This document shows positions 17,854 to 27,190 of a stretch of 64,000 nucleotides of DNA, piece after piece. The notes under the pieces were generated by a model. That model worked only from the letters and a program-made list of their open reading frames with translations. It was not told where the DNA came from and did no database searches. The first letter of the stretch is position 1. Each line of letters opens with the position of its first letter. The stretch is from Patescibacteria group bacterium (GTDB lineage Bacteria; Patescibacteriota; Minisyncoccia; Phycocordibacterales; JACZSL01), in contig JACZSL010000001.1 of NCBI GenBank assembly GCA_022574205.1, positions 5,447 through 69,446 on the forward strand, given 5' to 3'. The position numbers and the translations under genes were made by a program.

Positions 17854-18009
17854 TTAGATGGTGTCACTACAATCGGAATAAGGATCCTTCGTGTCGGTTT
17901 CCATCGCAATGCCAGGTTCACTGGCATCTGCCACATCCACCTCAACTTGTTCCGCAAATTGAAACATGAAGGGGTCCAGCGGTGTTGAAGGATCGTCGCT
18001 CTTTTTCAT
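17854..18009 (-). CDS. candidate graspetide (microviridin-like) precursor peptide, 51 aa: MKKSDDPSTPLDPFMFQFAEQVEVDVADASEPGIAMETDTKDPYSDCSDTI
   Basis: GGAGA lies 5 nt upstream of the ATG. The leader has PFxFxF like the PFFARFL motif. The C-terminal core TDTKDPYSDCSD is T/K/S/D-rich. The ORF is 75 nt downstream of the ATP-grasp gene. Confidence 0.5.
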   Translation of the reverse strand: MKKSDDPSTPLDPFMFQFAEQVEVDVADASEPGIAMETDTKDPYSDCSDTI

Positions 18010-18084
18010 ACATTTCTCCAATCGGCCGTGTTGATTCAGAGTCGTTGTAGCTTCAGATTTACTCTAACAAAAACTTGTTACTTG

Positions 18085-19095
18085 TCAACCGTGTAATAAG
18101 TCTATCAGAGCTTGCGAAATCGGTAGCCCCACCTCAAGTTCGGATGGTAGCCATTGTCCTTGAGGGTTAATTTCAAAGAATGTATAACCATCTCTTTCTG
18201 AATAACCTAAATCTATACAACCAAAGACTAGCCCTAGCGAAAAAGTTATATCACGGCAGAGTGCCGCAATCTTAGTGGGGAGAATATGCTCGGAGTAAAT
18301 TCTGCGATAGTTATGATGTCTCCAATCAACGCCATGGTTGTATCCATAAAGAGATTCGCCCACAATTTTTACTGCAAAGACCTTTTTACCCACCACCGTA
18401 ACGCGTACATCAAATTCCTTTTTTACCTCCTCCTGTAGAATAAATGGGCAGAGAGGAATACTGTCCAGATGTGCCTTAATCACTTTTTGCGACACCCGTC
18501 TAGTATATATGACTCTATTAAGCCTCTCCTTATCCTCTTTTGCGGGATTCAGTCGCACAAAACTACTGCAAACAGGTTTCACTATCATGGGCTTACCACT
18601 AAGATGTTCCAAAAAAGCAAGTGCCGCCTTCCGAGAATTACCAACACACGTTTCAGGGATACGCCATCCGATGCGTTGTGCAACGTGTAGCTGGTATGGC
18701 TTACGACCAGATATTCTTGTTGCCTCAGGCTCGGAAACCCACCTCACACCGTTGAGTAAGTGTGGAAAAGACCTTACGTATGCTTCCGTCTCCTCCAATA
18801 TATATCTCTCTTTCATGTCATAAGGCTCAGCTCGGTACTTGCCGCGAGGACGTCGCCACCAAACGCTCTTAACATTCTCCACAGAGAAGTTAGCGGCACT
18901 AGTGAGGAACCTTCTGTCTGGGCCATTTTGTCCGACTAGATACGATGATTCGAAACCATTGGGGTATCCACCTATGTCAAGTGTGACGTGGTCAACTCCA
19001 CGCTGATTCATTCTCTCTTGCACATATTTTGCGTGTGCGTCAAGAGAATGAGAAACAATTAAAACAGTGTTCTTCTGCATTTCAACTCTCCTCAA
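18085..19095 (-). CDS. ATP-grasp ribosomal-peptide maturase (MdnC/MvdD-like)
   Basis: N-terminus TVLIVSHSLDAHAKYVQERMNQRGVDHVTLD. ATP-grasp C-terminal motif TFFEINPQGQW. Confidence 0.65.
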   Translation of the reverse strand: MRRVEMQKNTVLIVSHSLDAHAKYVQERMNQRGVDHVTLDIGGYPNGFESSYLVGQNGPDRRFLTSAANFSVENVKSVWWRRPRGKYRAEPYDMKERYILEETEAYVRSFPHLLNGVRWVSEPEATRISGRKPYQLHVAQRIGWRIPETCVGNSRKAALAFLEHLSGKPMIVKPVCSSFVRLNPAKEDKERLNRVIYTRRVSQKVIKAHLDSIPLCPFILQEEVKKEFDVRVTVVGKKVFAVKIVGESLYGYNHGVDWRHHNYRRIYSEHILPTKIAALCRDITFSLGLVFGCIDLGYSERDGYTFFEINPQGQWLPSELEVGLPISQALIDLLHG

Positions 19096-19410
19096 GGTAC
19101 AGTAAATAAACTGAGCAGATTATACTCTGTTTATGTATTTTAGTCAAGGTTTCCGCAATGGTTCAATGGCATGTAATCGAACCTTGAGTATGTTGGGATT
19201 TGTTGTGTGTGCCGTATACCTTATTTTAGCCTCTAAGGTGATGCAAAGGTATTGAAACATTACGGCTTCTTAACAATGACTGATAATGTTTCAGTAATTT
19301 AACGCAGAGGAAAGCAAAAGCTCCGTGCCGTAAGGCGCGGGGTTTTTTGTAAAGAGTGTAGCTTTTGGAGATTATATGTCACAGAAAACATTCCAAACTC
19401 TCTTGAGAGT

Positions 19411-19473
19411 TGGAATGAGAATCCTTGATTTAATCCTTGATTTAATCCTTGAATTAAATCAAGGATTCTTTTG
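19411..19473. repeat. composite palindrome agaatccttga-(tttaatccttga)x2..-attaaa-tcaaggattct + T-run
   Basis: 11-bp inverted arms with internal direct repeats. It sits near the right end of the cassette, between the divergent ATP-grasp and trpS genes. Confidence 0.7.
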
Positions 19474-19517
19474 ATCTCCACCCTTGTGCGAGGGGAGCCA
19501 TCGTGTACATATAAAAA

Positions 19518-19568
19518 CTACCTTTAAAACAGCGTTATTTTCTGATACTATTTGACCATTATGGCAGA
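19518..19568. repeat. 49-51-bp direct repeat, copy B (contains the real trpS ATG)
   Basis: Matches 17235-17283. Its reverse strand would read VCHNGQIVSEN*, a degenerate copy of the 170-aa protein's C-terminus LCHRQNSTRK*. Confidence 0.8.
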
Positions 19569-20514
19569 CAAGCAAAGACTACTCTCTGGCATCAAGCCGA
19601 CAGGGAGACTCCATATAGGTAACTATTTCGGCGCTATGCGGCAGTTCGTTGAACTGCAGGATAAGTATACAAGCTATATTTTCATCGCTGATTACCACGC
19701 ACTAACTTCGGTACAAAACGCGGAGAGTCTTCAAGAGCTCATATTAAACACCGCTATTGATTATCTTGCAGTCGGCTTAAATCCCAAAAAAGTAGTACTT
19801 TTCAAGCAGTCCGATGTACCGCAACATACAGAGTTAGCATGGATTTTTAACTGTATTACTACAATGCCATATTTACAGCGCTCCCACGTATTTAAAGATG
19901 CGCAGGCAAAAAATAAAGAGATTGATGTTGGAACATTTGTTTATCCGATGCTTATGGCGGCAGATATTTTGCTCTATAGTCCGGACGTGGTGCCGGTGGG
20001 TGCTGACCAGAAGCAGCATATTGAATATGCGCGGGACACAGCGCAAAAGTTTAATAATATTTTTGGAGAAACATTTAAACTTCCTAAAGAGTATACGCCA
20101 AAAGACAGCGCAACAATTCCTGGAGTTGATGGGCAAAAGATGAGTAAGAGCTACAATAACACAATTCCGTTGTTTGGCTCGAGGGATGATGTAGAAAAAG
20201 CAGTAATGGGTATTGTTACAGATTCAGGGGGTGATTTTCCACAGCACGTGTACGCAATACACAAGCTCTACAAAAGTGAGGACGAGCTAAAAAATGTCTA
20301 TGATGATAATAAGGGTAACTATAAAGCTTTAAAAGAAGCCTTAATAGCAGATGTTGAAGAGGTCGCTCGACCACTACGAGAAAAGCGTGAAGAGCTCACA
20401 AAAGATAAGGCATATGTCCTCTCTGTGTTGAAAGAGGGTGGCAAGATAGCGCGTGAAATAGCCGAAGAAAAAATGAAAGAGATTCGTGAAAAAATTGGTG
20501 TAACGTTGCAATAA
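19561..20514 (+). CDS. trpS: tryptophanyl-tRNA synthetase
   Basis: Class I motifs TGRLHIGNYFG and KMSKS; size about 318 aa. Confidence 0.9.
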   Translation: MADKQRLLSGIKPTGRLHIGNYFGAMRQFVELQDKYTSYIFIADYHALTSVQNAESLQELILNTAIDYLAVGLNPKKVVLFKQSDVPQHTELAWIFNCITTMPYLQRSHVFKDAQAKNKEIDVGTFVYPMLMAADILLYSPDVVPVGADQKQHIEYARDTAQKFNNIFGETFKLPKEYTPKDSATIPGVDGQKMSKSYNNTIPLFGSRDDVEKAVMGIVTDSGGDFPQHVYAIHKLYKSEDELKNVYDDNKGNYKALKEALIADVEEVARPLREKREELTKDKAYVLSVLKEGGKIAREIAEEKMKEIREKIGVTLQ

Positions 20515-20519
20515 AATAG

Positions 20520-21920
20520 ATGAAAAGAACATTAGTTAAAGATTTGCGCGAGAATATAGGAAATGTGGTTATGCTTTCCGGTTGGGTTCATGTTAGGCGT
20601 GACCATGGTAAGATTATTTTTATTGATTTACGAGAAGCAAGTGGAAAAGTACAGATGGTTGCTCTTCCGGCTCATGAAGATGCACACGCTGTTGCAATGA
20701 GCTTGCGACCCGAGTGGGTAATTGAAGTGTCCGGAGAAGTTAAAAAACGTCCGGAAAAAATGGTAAACGCCGATGAACCAAATGGTGATATAGAAATTGA
20801 AATAAGTGAGATCAATGTTCTAAACGAGAGCGAAACAACGCCGTTTGAGATAAGTGAAGATTCTATAAGTGTTGATGAGATCACACGCCTTAAATATCGC
20901 TACCTCGATCTTCGAACAGAGAGAATGCAAAAGAACATGAGGGTAAGAAGTGAATTTGTACGTAATTGTCGAGATTTTCTAAACCAGCGTGACTTTACAG
21001 AGATTGAAACACCTATTTTGACTGCAGCAACACTAGAGGGGTCTCGAGACTTTATTGTTCCTTCAAGGCTAAATCCTGGGAAGTTTTACGCGCTTCCACA
21101 ATCCCCACAGCAGTACAAGCAATTACTGATGACCGCCGGCTTTGAAAGGTATTTTCAAATTGCAAAAGCTATTCGTGATGAAGACTTACGCGCCGATAGG
21201 GGGTTTGAACATTCACAAATTGACATTGAAATGTCATTTGTTAGCGAGGGGGATGTATTGGAGATAGTTGAGAAAATGATCACTGTGGTTGTAGAATCGA
21301 TGGGCTACACAATTAAAGAAACGCCGTTTCCCAAAATCACATATAAAGAGGCCATGGAAAAACACGGTTCTGATAAGTTTGATTTGCGAAGCGAGGCTGA
21401 GAAAAAAGCTGGTGTCCTTGCATACGCGTGGGTTACAGACTTTCCACTATTTGGAAAAACCGATGAGGGAGAGTGGACATTTAGTCATAATCCATTTTCA
21501 ATGCCGAAGAATGAGTACATTGAAGATCTCCTTTCTGGTAAGAACATAGACAATATTCTTTCAACGCAGTACGACCTTGTCTGTAATGGCTATGAGGTTG
21601 GCGGTGGGAGTATGCGTTCTCACAGGGCTGACATTCTAAAAGCTGTATATAAAGTTATGGGTTACAGTGAAGAAGAAACTGAAGCCAGTGTGGGTCATAT
21701 GCTTCGCGCATTCAAATACGGAACGCCACCACACGGGGGGATTGCGCTTGGAATTGAAAGGAATATCATGATTCTTACCGGTGAAAAGGCGCTTCGGGAG
21801 GTTCAAGCATTTCCAATGACGCGTGGAGGGGTGACGGCTGTAATGGATGGACCGGGGGATGTGTCAAAAGAACAATTAGATGAGCTTGGTATTTCTATTA
21901 AAAAGAAAAAACATGATTAA
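20520..21920 (+). CDS. aspS: aspartyl-tRNA synthetase (short bacterial/archaeal-type)
   Basis: N-terminal OB fold. Class II motifs FRxE (FRDE), QSPQQYKQLLM and GGGSMRSHR. Confidence 0.85.
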   Translation: MKRTLVKDLRENIGNVVMLSGWVHVRRDHGKIIFIDLREASGKVQMVALPAHEDAHAVAMSLRPEWVIEVSGEVKKRPEKMVNADEPNGDIEIEISEINVLNESETTPFEISEDSISVDEITRLKYRYLDLRTERMQKNMRVRSEFVRNCRDFLNQRDFTEIETPILTAATLEGSRDFIVPSRLNPGKFYALPQSPQQYKQLLMTAGFERYFQIAKAIRDEDLRADRGFEHSQIDIEMSFVSEGDVLEIVEKMITVVVESMGYTIKETPFPKITYKEAMEKHGSDKFDLRSEAEKKAGVLAYAWVTDFPLFGKTDEGEWTFSHNPFSMPKNEYIEDLLSGKNIDNILSTQYDLVCNGYEVGGGSMRSHRADILKAVYKVMGYSEEETEASVGHMLRAFKYGTPPHGGIALGIERNIMILTGEKALREVQAFPMTRGGVTAVMDGPGDVSKEQLDELGISIKKKKHD

Positions 21921-23292
21921 AATAATTTACGCTAAAGTCCCGCCAAAAAATATTACAATAATACAATTTCATAAAGATAAGGAAATAAAATTTGTAGAGA
22001 AGGGGAAGAGTAGTGAGCTTTATATTAAAGCACCAAAAAATATTGATCGGCGCAAGCTTATTGTCTTGATTCGTAAGGCTATACGGGTCGCAAAAGAGCA
22101 AAAGCTTAAAAAAATAGCTTTCAATTTTTCCGCACTAAAGGCTTTGATCCCAAAAAAAATTACTAACGAAGAGTTTGCTTCAATCTTTGGTCAAAATATT
22201 GAGATGGCAAACTTTGAATTTACAGAGTTTCGTACCAGACCTAAAGAGGGATGGCCGAGTATTACTGAAATTACCATTATTGGATCTGTTTCTGCAAAAA
22301 CTAAAACTTTACTCAAGCGGGGTCAAACCATTGGCATATATGTAAATCATTGTCGACGTATTTCTAACACTCCCGGTGGTGATATGACACCTAAGATGAT
22401 GGTTTCCGAGGCCAAAAAACTGACAAAGGATGCAAAGATTAAAATGACCATATTGGGTCGAAAAGAGCTTAAAAAATTGAAGGCAGGCGCAATTTTAGGT
22501 GTTGCACAGGGTTCCAGGGAAGAACCACAGTTTATTGTGATGGAATATAAGGGAGGTTCCGTCAAGGAAAAACCTATTGTACTTGTAGGTAAGGGAGTAA
22601 CCTTTGACACTGGTGGTATTAATATAAAGACGGGAGACTCGGCGCTCGGCATGCATATGGATATGAGTGGGGGAGCCGCTGTGATATGTGCGATAGCATT
22701 GGCCTCTAAACTCAAAATAAAGAAAAATATTGTGGCACTTGTTCCAGCAGTTGAAAATATGCCTGGCGGAGCCGCGTATCGACCTGGAGACGTGTTGCGT
22801 TCCATGAGTGGAAAAACTATTGAGGTCAGAAATACTGACGCAGAGGGTCGCGTTATACTAGCTGATGCATTAACGTACGCAAGAAAGTATAAACCAAGAC
22901 TTGTTGTAGATGTAGCTACGCTTACAGGCAGTGCACTAGCTGCTCTTGGTGAACGCGCAAACGCAATCATGACTAAGAGTAAAAAACTACAGGATTTATT
23001 TGTTCACCTTGGTGAAGAAAGTGGAGATTATATGTGGCCATTACCTTTGTGGGAGGAATATGAGGAAGAGGTCAAGGGAATTCGTGGGGATGTAACCAAT
23101 ACTAATAATAAGAATAGCCGCTATGGAGGCGCAATAAACGGCGGTATTTTTCTACATGAGTTTGCAAAAGGGATGCCGTGGGTTCATATTGATATGGCGC
23201 CGCGTATGGAAAGTATTCCGAGCGACAACCTTGCACCTGGCGCAGCAGGTGAGCCAGTAAGATTCCTTCTTAAGCTTGTCGAGGCGTTTTAG
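21913..23292 (+). CDS. pepA: leucyl aminopeptidase (M17)
   Basis: Motifs NTDAEGRVILADAL and VGKGVTFDTGG. Start moved to the internal ATG to avoid overlap with aspS. Confidence 0.8.
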   Translation: MIKIIYAKVPPKNITIIQFHKDKEIKFVEKGKSSELYIKAPKNIDRRKLIVLIRKAIRVAKEQKLKKIAFNFSALKALIPKKITNEEFASIFGQNIEMANFEFTEFRTRPKEGWPSITEITIIGSVSAKTKTLLKRGQTIGIYVNHCRRISNTPGGDMTPKMMVSEAKKLTKDAKIKMTILGRKELKKLKAGAILGVAQGSREEPQFIVMEYKGGSVKEKPIVLVGKGVTFDTGGINIKTGDSALGMHMDMSGGAAVICAIALASKLKIKKNIVALVPAVENMPGGAAYRPGDVLRSMSGKTIEVRNTDAEGRVILADALTYARKYKPRLVVDVATLTGSALAALGERANAIMTKSKKLQDLFVHLGEESGDYMWPLPLWEEYEEEVKGIRGDVTNTNNKNSRYGGAINGGIFLHEFAKGMPWVHIDMAPRMESIPSDNLAPGAAGEPVRFLLKLVEAF

Positions 23293-23418
23293 GGCTAATT
23301 TCTTCATATATTATTGGGTATATTAGCTCCCTGGCTCGATCCACTTGAGACGGACTTTCCATCTACGTCGCTAATAAAAAGATGAAAGTGTGCTTGTAAT
23401 GGGCTATAATTAGAGTAC

Positions 23419-24156
23419 ATGGACAGCAATGTTTTCAATATACGCACAGAGGTGTTTACGGGCCCTCTGGAGCTTCTGCTTGTATTAATTGAGAAGCGAA
23501 AACTTCTCATCAATGATGTGTCGCTTGCAAAAGTTACAGATGACTTTATTCAACATGTAAAGGCGTCCGGTAAGTTACTTGTTCCACAGACGGCTCATTT
23601 TGTATACATTGCTTCTACGCTTCTTTTAATAAAATCGAAGTCGCTCTTACCAATTTTTTCGTTAACTGAAGACGAAGAGGGAAGTATTGAGGATCTTGAG
23701 CTGCAGTTGAAATTATACAAGTATTTTAAGAAACTTGCACAAAACATTGATCAAATGTTTGGCAAAAGAATTATATTTTTCAAGTCACCAGAGAAAATCT
23801 CAGATCCAATTTTCTCTCCGCAGACAAATTTGACGCCTGATCTTTTGCTGCAATCCATTTTAGACATTGTTCAAAATCTCCCAAGAAAAAAAATTGTAAA
23901 AGAAGTAACTATTCAAAAAATGATGACCATTGAAGAAGTGGTGCAGAATTTGACTGCGCGTATTCAAAACAGTATATCACTTAGTTTTAGGGAATTTTCC
24001 GGCGCTGATAAAAGCGCAAAAATTGATATTATTGTGAGTTTTCTTGCAATGCTTGAGTTGGTAAAGCAGGAAATCATTTCAGTTAGGCAGGAAGTTCATT
24101 TTGATGACATACAAATGGAAAACAGAAACATTGGTGTGCCACATTATGGTGAATAA
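23419..24156 (+). CDS. scpA: segregation and condensation protein A
   Basis: Size and position upstream of scpB; typical N-terminus FxGPLELLL. Confidence 0.65.
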   Translation: MDSNVFNIRTEVFTGPLELLLVLIEKRKLLINDVSLAKVTDDFIQHVKASGKLLVPQTAHFVYIASTLLLIKSKSLLPIFSLTEDEEGSIEDLELQLKLYKYFKKLAQNIDQMFGKRIIFFKSPEKISDPIFSPQTNLTPDLLLQSILDIVQNLPRKKIVKEVTIQKMMTIEEVVQNLTARIQNSISLSFREFSGADKSAKIDIIVSFLAMLELVKQEIISVRQEVHFDDIQMENRNIGVPHYGE

Positions 24157-24161
24157 AAATT

Positions 24162-24710
24162 ATGCGACTAGAACAATTAATTGAGGCGCTTCTGTTCTTC
24201 AAAGGTGAGCCAATGAAGATTAACGAGCTAGTTAAACTTACAAAAAATAATGAGAGTGATGTTAAATGGGCCGTTGTAAATCTCGGAAAAAATCTTGACG
24301 GCAGAGGTGTTGTACTTATGGAGAAAGATGGAGAAGTTGCACTTGGTACGAGTCCTGAAGCTTCCGAGACAATTGAGGAGATGCGTCAGATAGAACTTTC
24401 ACGCGACATTGGCAAGGCTGGACTGGAGACATTAGCGATTGTAATCTATAAAGGGCCAGTGGCTCGAAGTGAGATTGACTATATTAGGGGTGTTAATTCA
24501 ACCTTTACCTTACGAAACTTGATGATCCGTGGCCTTGTGGAGCGCAAAGCGAACCCGACCGACGCACGTGGATTCCTCTACAAACCAACATTAGAGCTTC
24601 TAGCCTTTCTTGGTGTTGGCTCTATGGAGGACTTACCCAGATATCTAGAAGTCGAGCAGGAATTAGAGACTTTTGTTAGTGAATTTCAAAATAATAATGG
24701 ATCCCGATAG
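24162..24710 (+). CDS. scpB: segregation and condensation protein B
   Basis: Winged-helix region GPVARSEIDYIRGVNSTFTLRNLMIRGLV. Confidence 0.75.
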   Translation: MRLEQLIEALLFFKGEPMKINELVKLTKNNESDVKWAVVNLGKNLDGRGVVLMEKDGEVALGTSPEASETIEEMRQIELSRDIGKAGLETLAIVIYKGPVARSEIDYIRGVNSTFTLRNLMIRGLVERKANPTDARGFLYKPTLELLAFLGVGSMEDLPRYLEVEQELETFVSEFQNNNGSR

Positions 24711-24839
24711 TTATCGCGGACGCAAAAGCTATAGCTATTATCATTGAAATCATGAACGTAAAGGTTGAGTCATTATTTATAAGCAATAATACAAACCCGC
24801 TGTGCTTTGTAGCGATGGCAGGCTGGTAACTATCGCGGG

Positions 24840-25823
24840 ATGGAGGAGAATAATCAACAGAATAATCATAGTGAGCGTGGACAATTGAGCTATTTTAAAG
24901 GTGTCGTTTTTATACTTGTTTTATTTATAATAGGTATTTTAGTGTGGCTACCATACCGAAGTGGTGATGCCGTACAAACTATTATAGAGAGAGAAGGCGA
25001 CAGTGCGGAGGTGATTGTCATGGAAAACCCGTTTGACACAATATCGCTTGAAGCTCAGGCCGCACATGTGTGGGACATAAACTCGAAGGAAACACTGTAT
25101 GATCTAAATGCTGAAAGTCAATTGCCGTTAGCTTCTCTAACAAAGCTTATGACAGTTCTTGTTGCTGCAGAAATTCTTGAACCGTCTCAGACTATCGTTG
25201 TAGAACTTGACTCACTTAAAGAAGAGGGAGACAACGGACTATTTTCGAATGAAAGTTGGAAGCTAAAAGATCTTCTTGATTTCACACTTATTGTTTCCAG
25301 CAACGATGGGGCAAATGTTCTGGCAAGTGCTGCTGGGAGCAAACTAATCGGTGGAGGAGCATATGACAAAACTGAAGAGGCTTTTATTCAAAAAATGAAT
25401 GAAATTGCGCTTGAAATCAATCTTACTCAAACATACTTTGTTAATGAAACAGGTCTTGACCCAACAATTGAGACAAGTGGTAGTTATGGGTCTGCTCGCG
25501 ACGTAAATCGTCTCTTGAAACATATATTAGAGATAAACCCTGTTATTTTAAGTGCCACAATATATGAAACTCTCAATTTTCAATCACAAAGTGGATATTA
25601 TCATCTGGCCACAAATACTAATAATATAATTGGGGACATACCTGGCCTTATAGCCTCAAAAACAGGGTTTACCGATCTTGCCGGAGGAAATATTTCTATT
25701 GCATTCGATGCTGGTTTAAATCGACCAATTATTATTACCGTTCTTGGTTCAAGTGTGGAGGGGAGGTTTGTTGATATCCAAAAGTTAGTAGCGGCGACTT
25801 TGAGTTATCTTAAAATGAAATAA
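24840..25823 (+). CDS. D-alanyl-D-alanine carboxypeptidase (S11, PBP5-like)
   Basis: Motifs SLTKLMT (SxxK), SSND (SxN) and KTGFT (KTG); N-terminal TM. Confidence 0.75.
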   Translation: MEENNQQNNHSERGQLSYFKGVVFILVLFIIGILVWLPYRSGDAVQTIIEREGDSAEVIVMENPFDTISLEAQAAHVWDINSKETLYDLNAESQLPLASLTKLMTVLVAAEILEPSQTIVVELDSLKEEGDNGLFSNESWKLKDLLDFTLIVSSNDGANVLASAAGSKLIGGGAYDKTEEAFIQKMNEIALEINLTQTYFVNETGLDPTIETSGSYGSARDVNRLLKHILEINPVILSATIYETLNFQSQSGYYHLATNTNNIIGDIPGLIASKTGFTDLAGGNISIAFDAGLNRPIIITVLGSSVEGRFVDIQKLVAATLSYLKMK

Positions 25824-25825
25824 TT

Positions 25826-26899
25826 ATGATTATTGATGTTGTAAAAGTCTTTCTTCCTGCTACTGTCGCCTTTTTTATTGGGATGCTAATTACGCCAATA
25901 TTGACGCATTATTTATATAAGTTTAAGGCTTGGAAGAAAAGGGGTGTGCAAGAAACAGTTGATGGTCTCGATAGCCCCATCACTCGCGCGCTTCACCAAG
26001 ATGAAACAAAGAAAACTCCTCGCATGGGGGGTATTGTCATTTGGGGTAGCGCCCTTATAACGACGCTTCTCATCTTCTTTATCTCCAAGCTCTTCCCTGT
26101 AGAGGTGACTCAAAAGTTAGATTTTTTCAGTAGAAATCAAACATGGATTCCTTTTTTTGCACTGCTTGTAGGGGCCGGTGTGGGGCTAATTGATGACATA
26201 TATGAGGTGTCGCAGCGCGGTAGTAGAAGAGCCGGTGGGCTGTCTTTAACTTTTCGCCTTTCTATTGTTGGCGCAGTTGCACTCTTTATTGGCGGATGGT
26301 TTTACTTCAAGCTTGATGTCGTTTCACTGGGTATTCCTTTCTATGGCGACTTCTTTATTGGACCGCTAATTATTCCAGCCTTTATTTTAGTCGCACTGGC
26401 TCTATACGCAAGCGGTATTATTGATGGCATAGACGGACTCTCTGGGGGAGTTTTTGCGGCAATTTTTACAGCATACGCTGCAATTGCTTTTTATCAGCAA
26501 CAAATTGACCTTGCCGCCTTTTCTGCGATGCTCGTTGGGTCAATTCTTGCATTTTTATGGTTTAACATTCCGCCAGCGCGTTTCTATATGTCGGAGACTG
26601 GTACAATGGGGCTGACTCTGACTGTCGCTGTTCTTGCTTTCATGACAGATTCACTTGGAGGAGGTGTTGGTGTATTTGTGCTCCCAATAATTGCTTTGCC
26701 GCTTGTTGTGACAGTGTTGTCGGTTATTATTCAGGTGTTATCGAAAAGATTTCGTGGTGGAAAAACAGTATTTCTAGTCTCACCACTTCATAACCATTTT
26801 CAAGCACTCGGTTGGCCAGGATATAAAGTAACGATGCGATATTGGATCATTAGTATGATTTTTGCAATTTTGGGCGTAATTGTAGCGCTTATTGGCTAA
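25826..26899 (+). CDS. mraY: phospho-N-acetylmuramoyl-pentapeptide transferase
   Basis: Polytopic membrane protein with the TPRMGG motif and a D..DGIDGL aspartate motif. Confidence 0.85.
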   Translation: MIIDVVKVFLPATVAFFIGMLITPILTHYLYKFKAWKKRGVQETVDGLDSPITRALHQDETKKTPRMGGIVIWGSALITTLLIFFISKLFPVEVTQKLDFFSRNQTWIPFFALLVGAGVGLIDDIYEVSQRGSRRAGGLSLTFRLSIVGAVALFIGGWFYFKLDVVSLGIPFYGDFFIGPLIIPAFILVALALYASGIIDGIDGLSGGVFAAIFTAYAAIAFYQQQIDLAAFSAMLVGSILAFLWFNIPPARFYMSETGTMGLTLTVAVLAFMTDSLGGGVGVFVLPIIALPLVVTVLSVIIQVLSKRFRGGKTVFLVSPLHNHFQALGWPGYKVTMRYWIISMIFAILGVIVALIG

Positions 26900-26929
26900 T
26901 ATGAGTCCCGTTAGAGATAACTAATAGTT

Positions 26930-27190
26930 ATGTACTACGTCTATTTGTTAAAAAACAAGAAAGATAAGAAGATGTACACTGGAAGTACCAATAATCTACG
27001 GAAACGCTTGAAGGAGCACAACGATAAGAAGTCTACATGGACTAAGGCGAGTACTCCGTGGCAATTAATATATTACGAAGCGTGTCTAAATGGAGACGAT
27101 GCTAGGTCGAGAGAGAAATATTTAAAATCAGGAACTGGGAAACGTTATCTCAATAATAGAATCAAGCGTTTCCTATCTCTAACGGGATGA
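26930..27190 (+). CDS. small GIY-YIG nuclease-superfamily protein
   Basis: The start YYVYLLKN...YTGSTNNLRKRLKEHN carries the GIY-YIG core. Confidence 0.7.
   Translation: MYYVYLLKNKKDKKMYTGSTNNLRKRLKEHNDKKSTWTKASTPWQLIYYEACLNGDDARSREKYLKSGTGKRYLNNRIKRFLSLTG

Larger units (their letters stand above)
17235..19568 (-). mobile_element. putative insertion cassette (graspetide module) bounded by 49-bp direct repeats
   Basis: Sharp repeat boundaries enclose three minus-strand genes upstream of trpS. No integrase was seen. Confidence 0.35.

Noticed and set aside
19481-19560. T-box leader upstream of trpS
   Set aside because: There is no T-box consensus or specifier-loop architecture. The region is occupied by the cassette repeat copy B.
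22347-22970. 207-aa minus-strand ORF
   Set aside because: It is antisense to pepA, which has clear M17 motifs.
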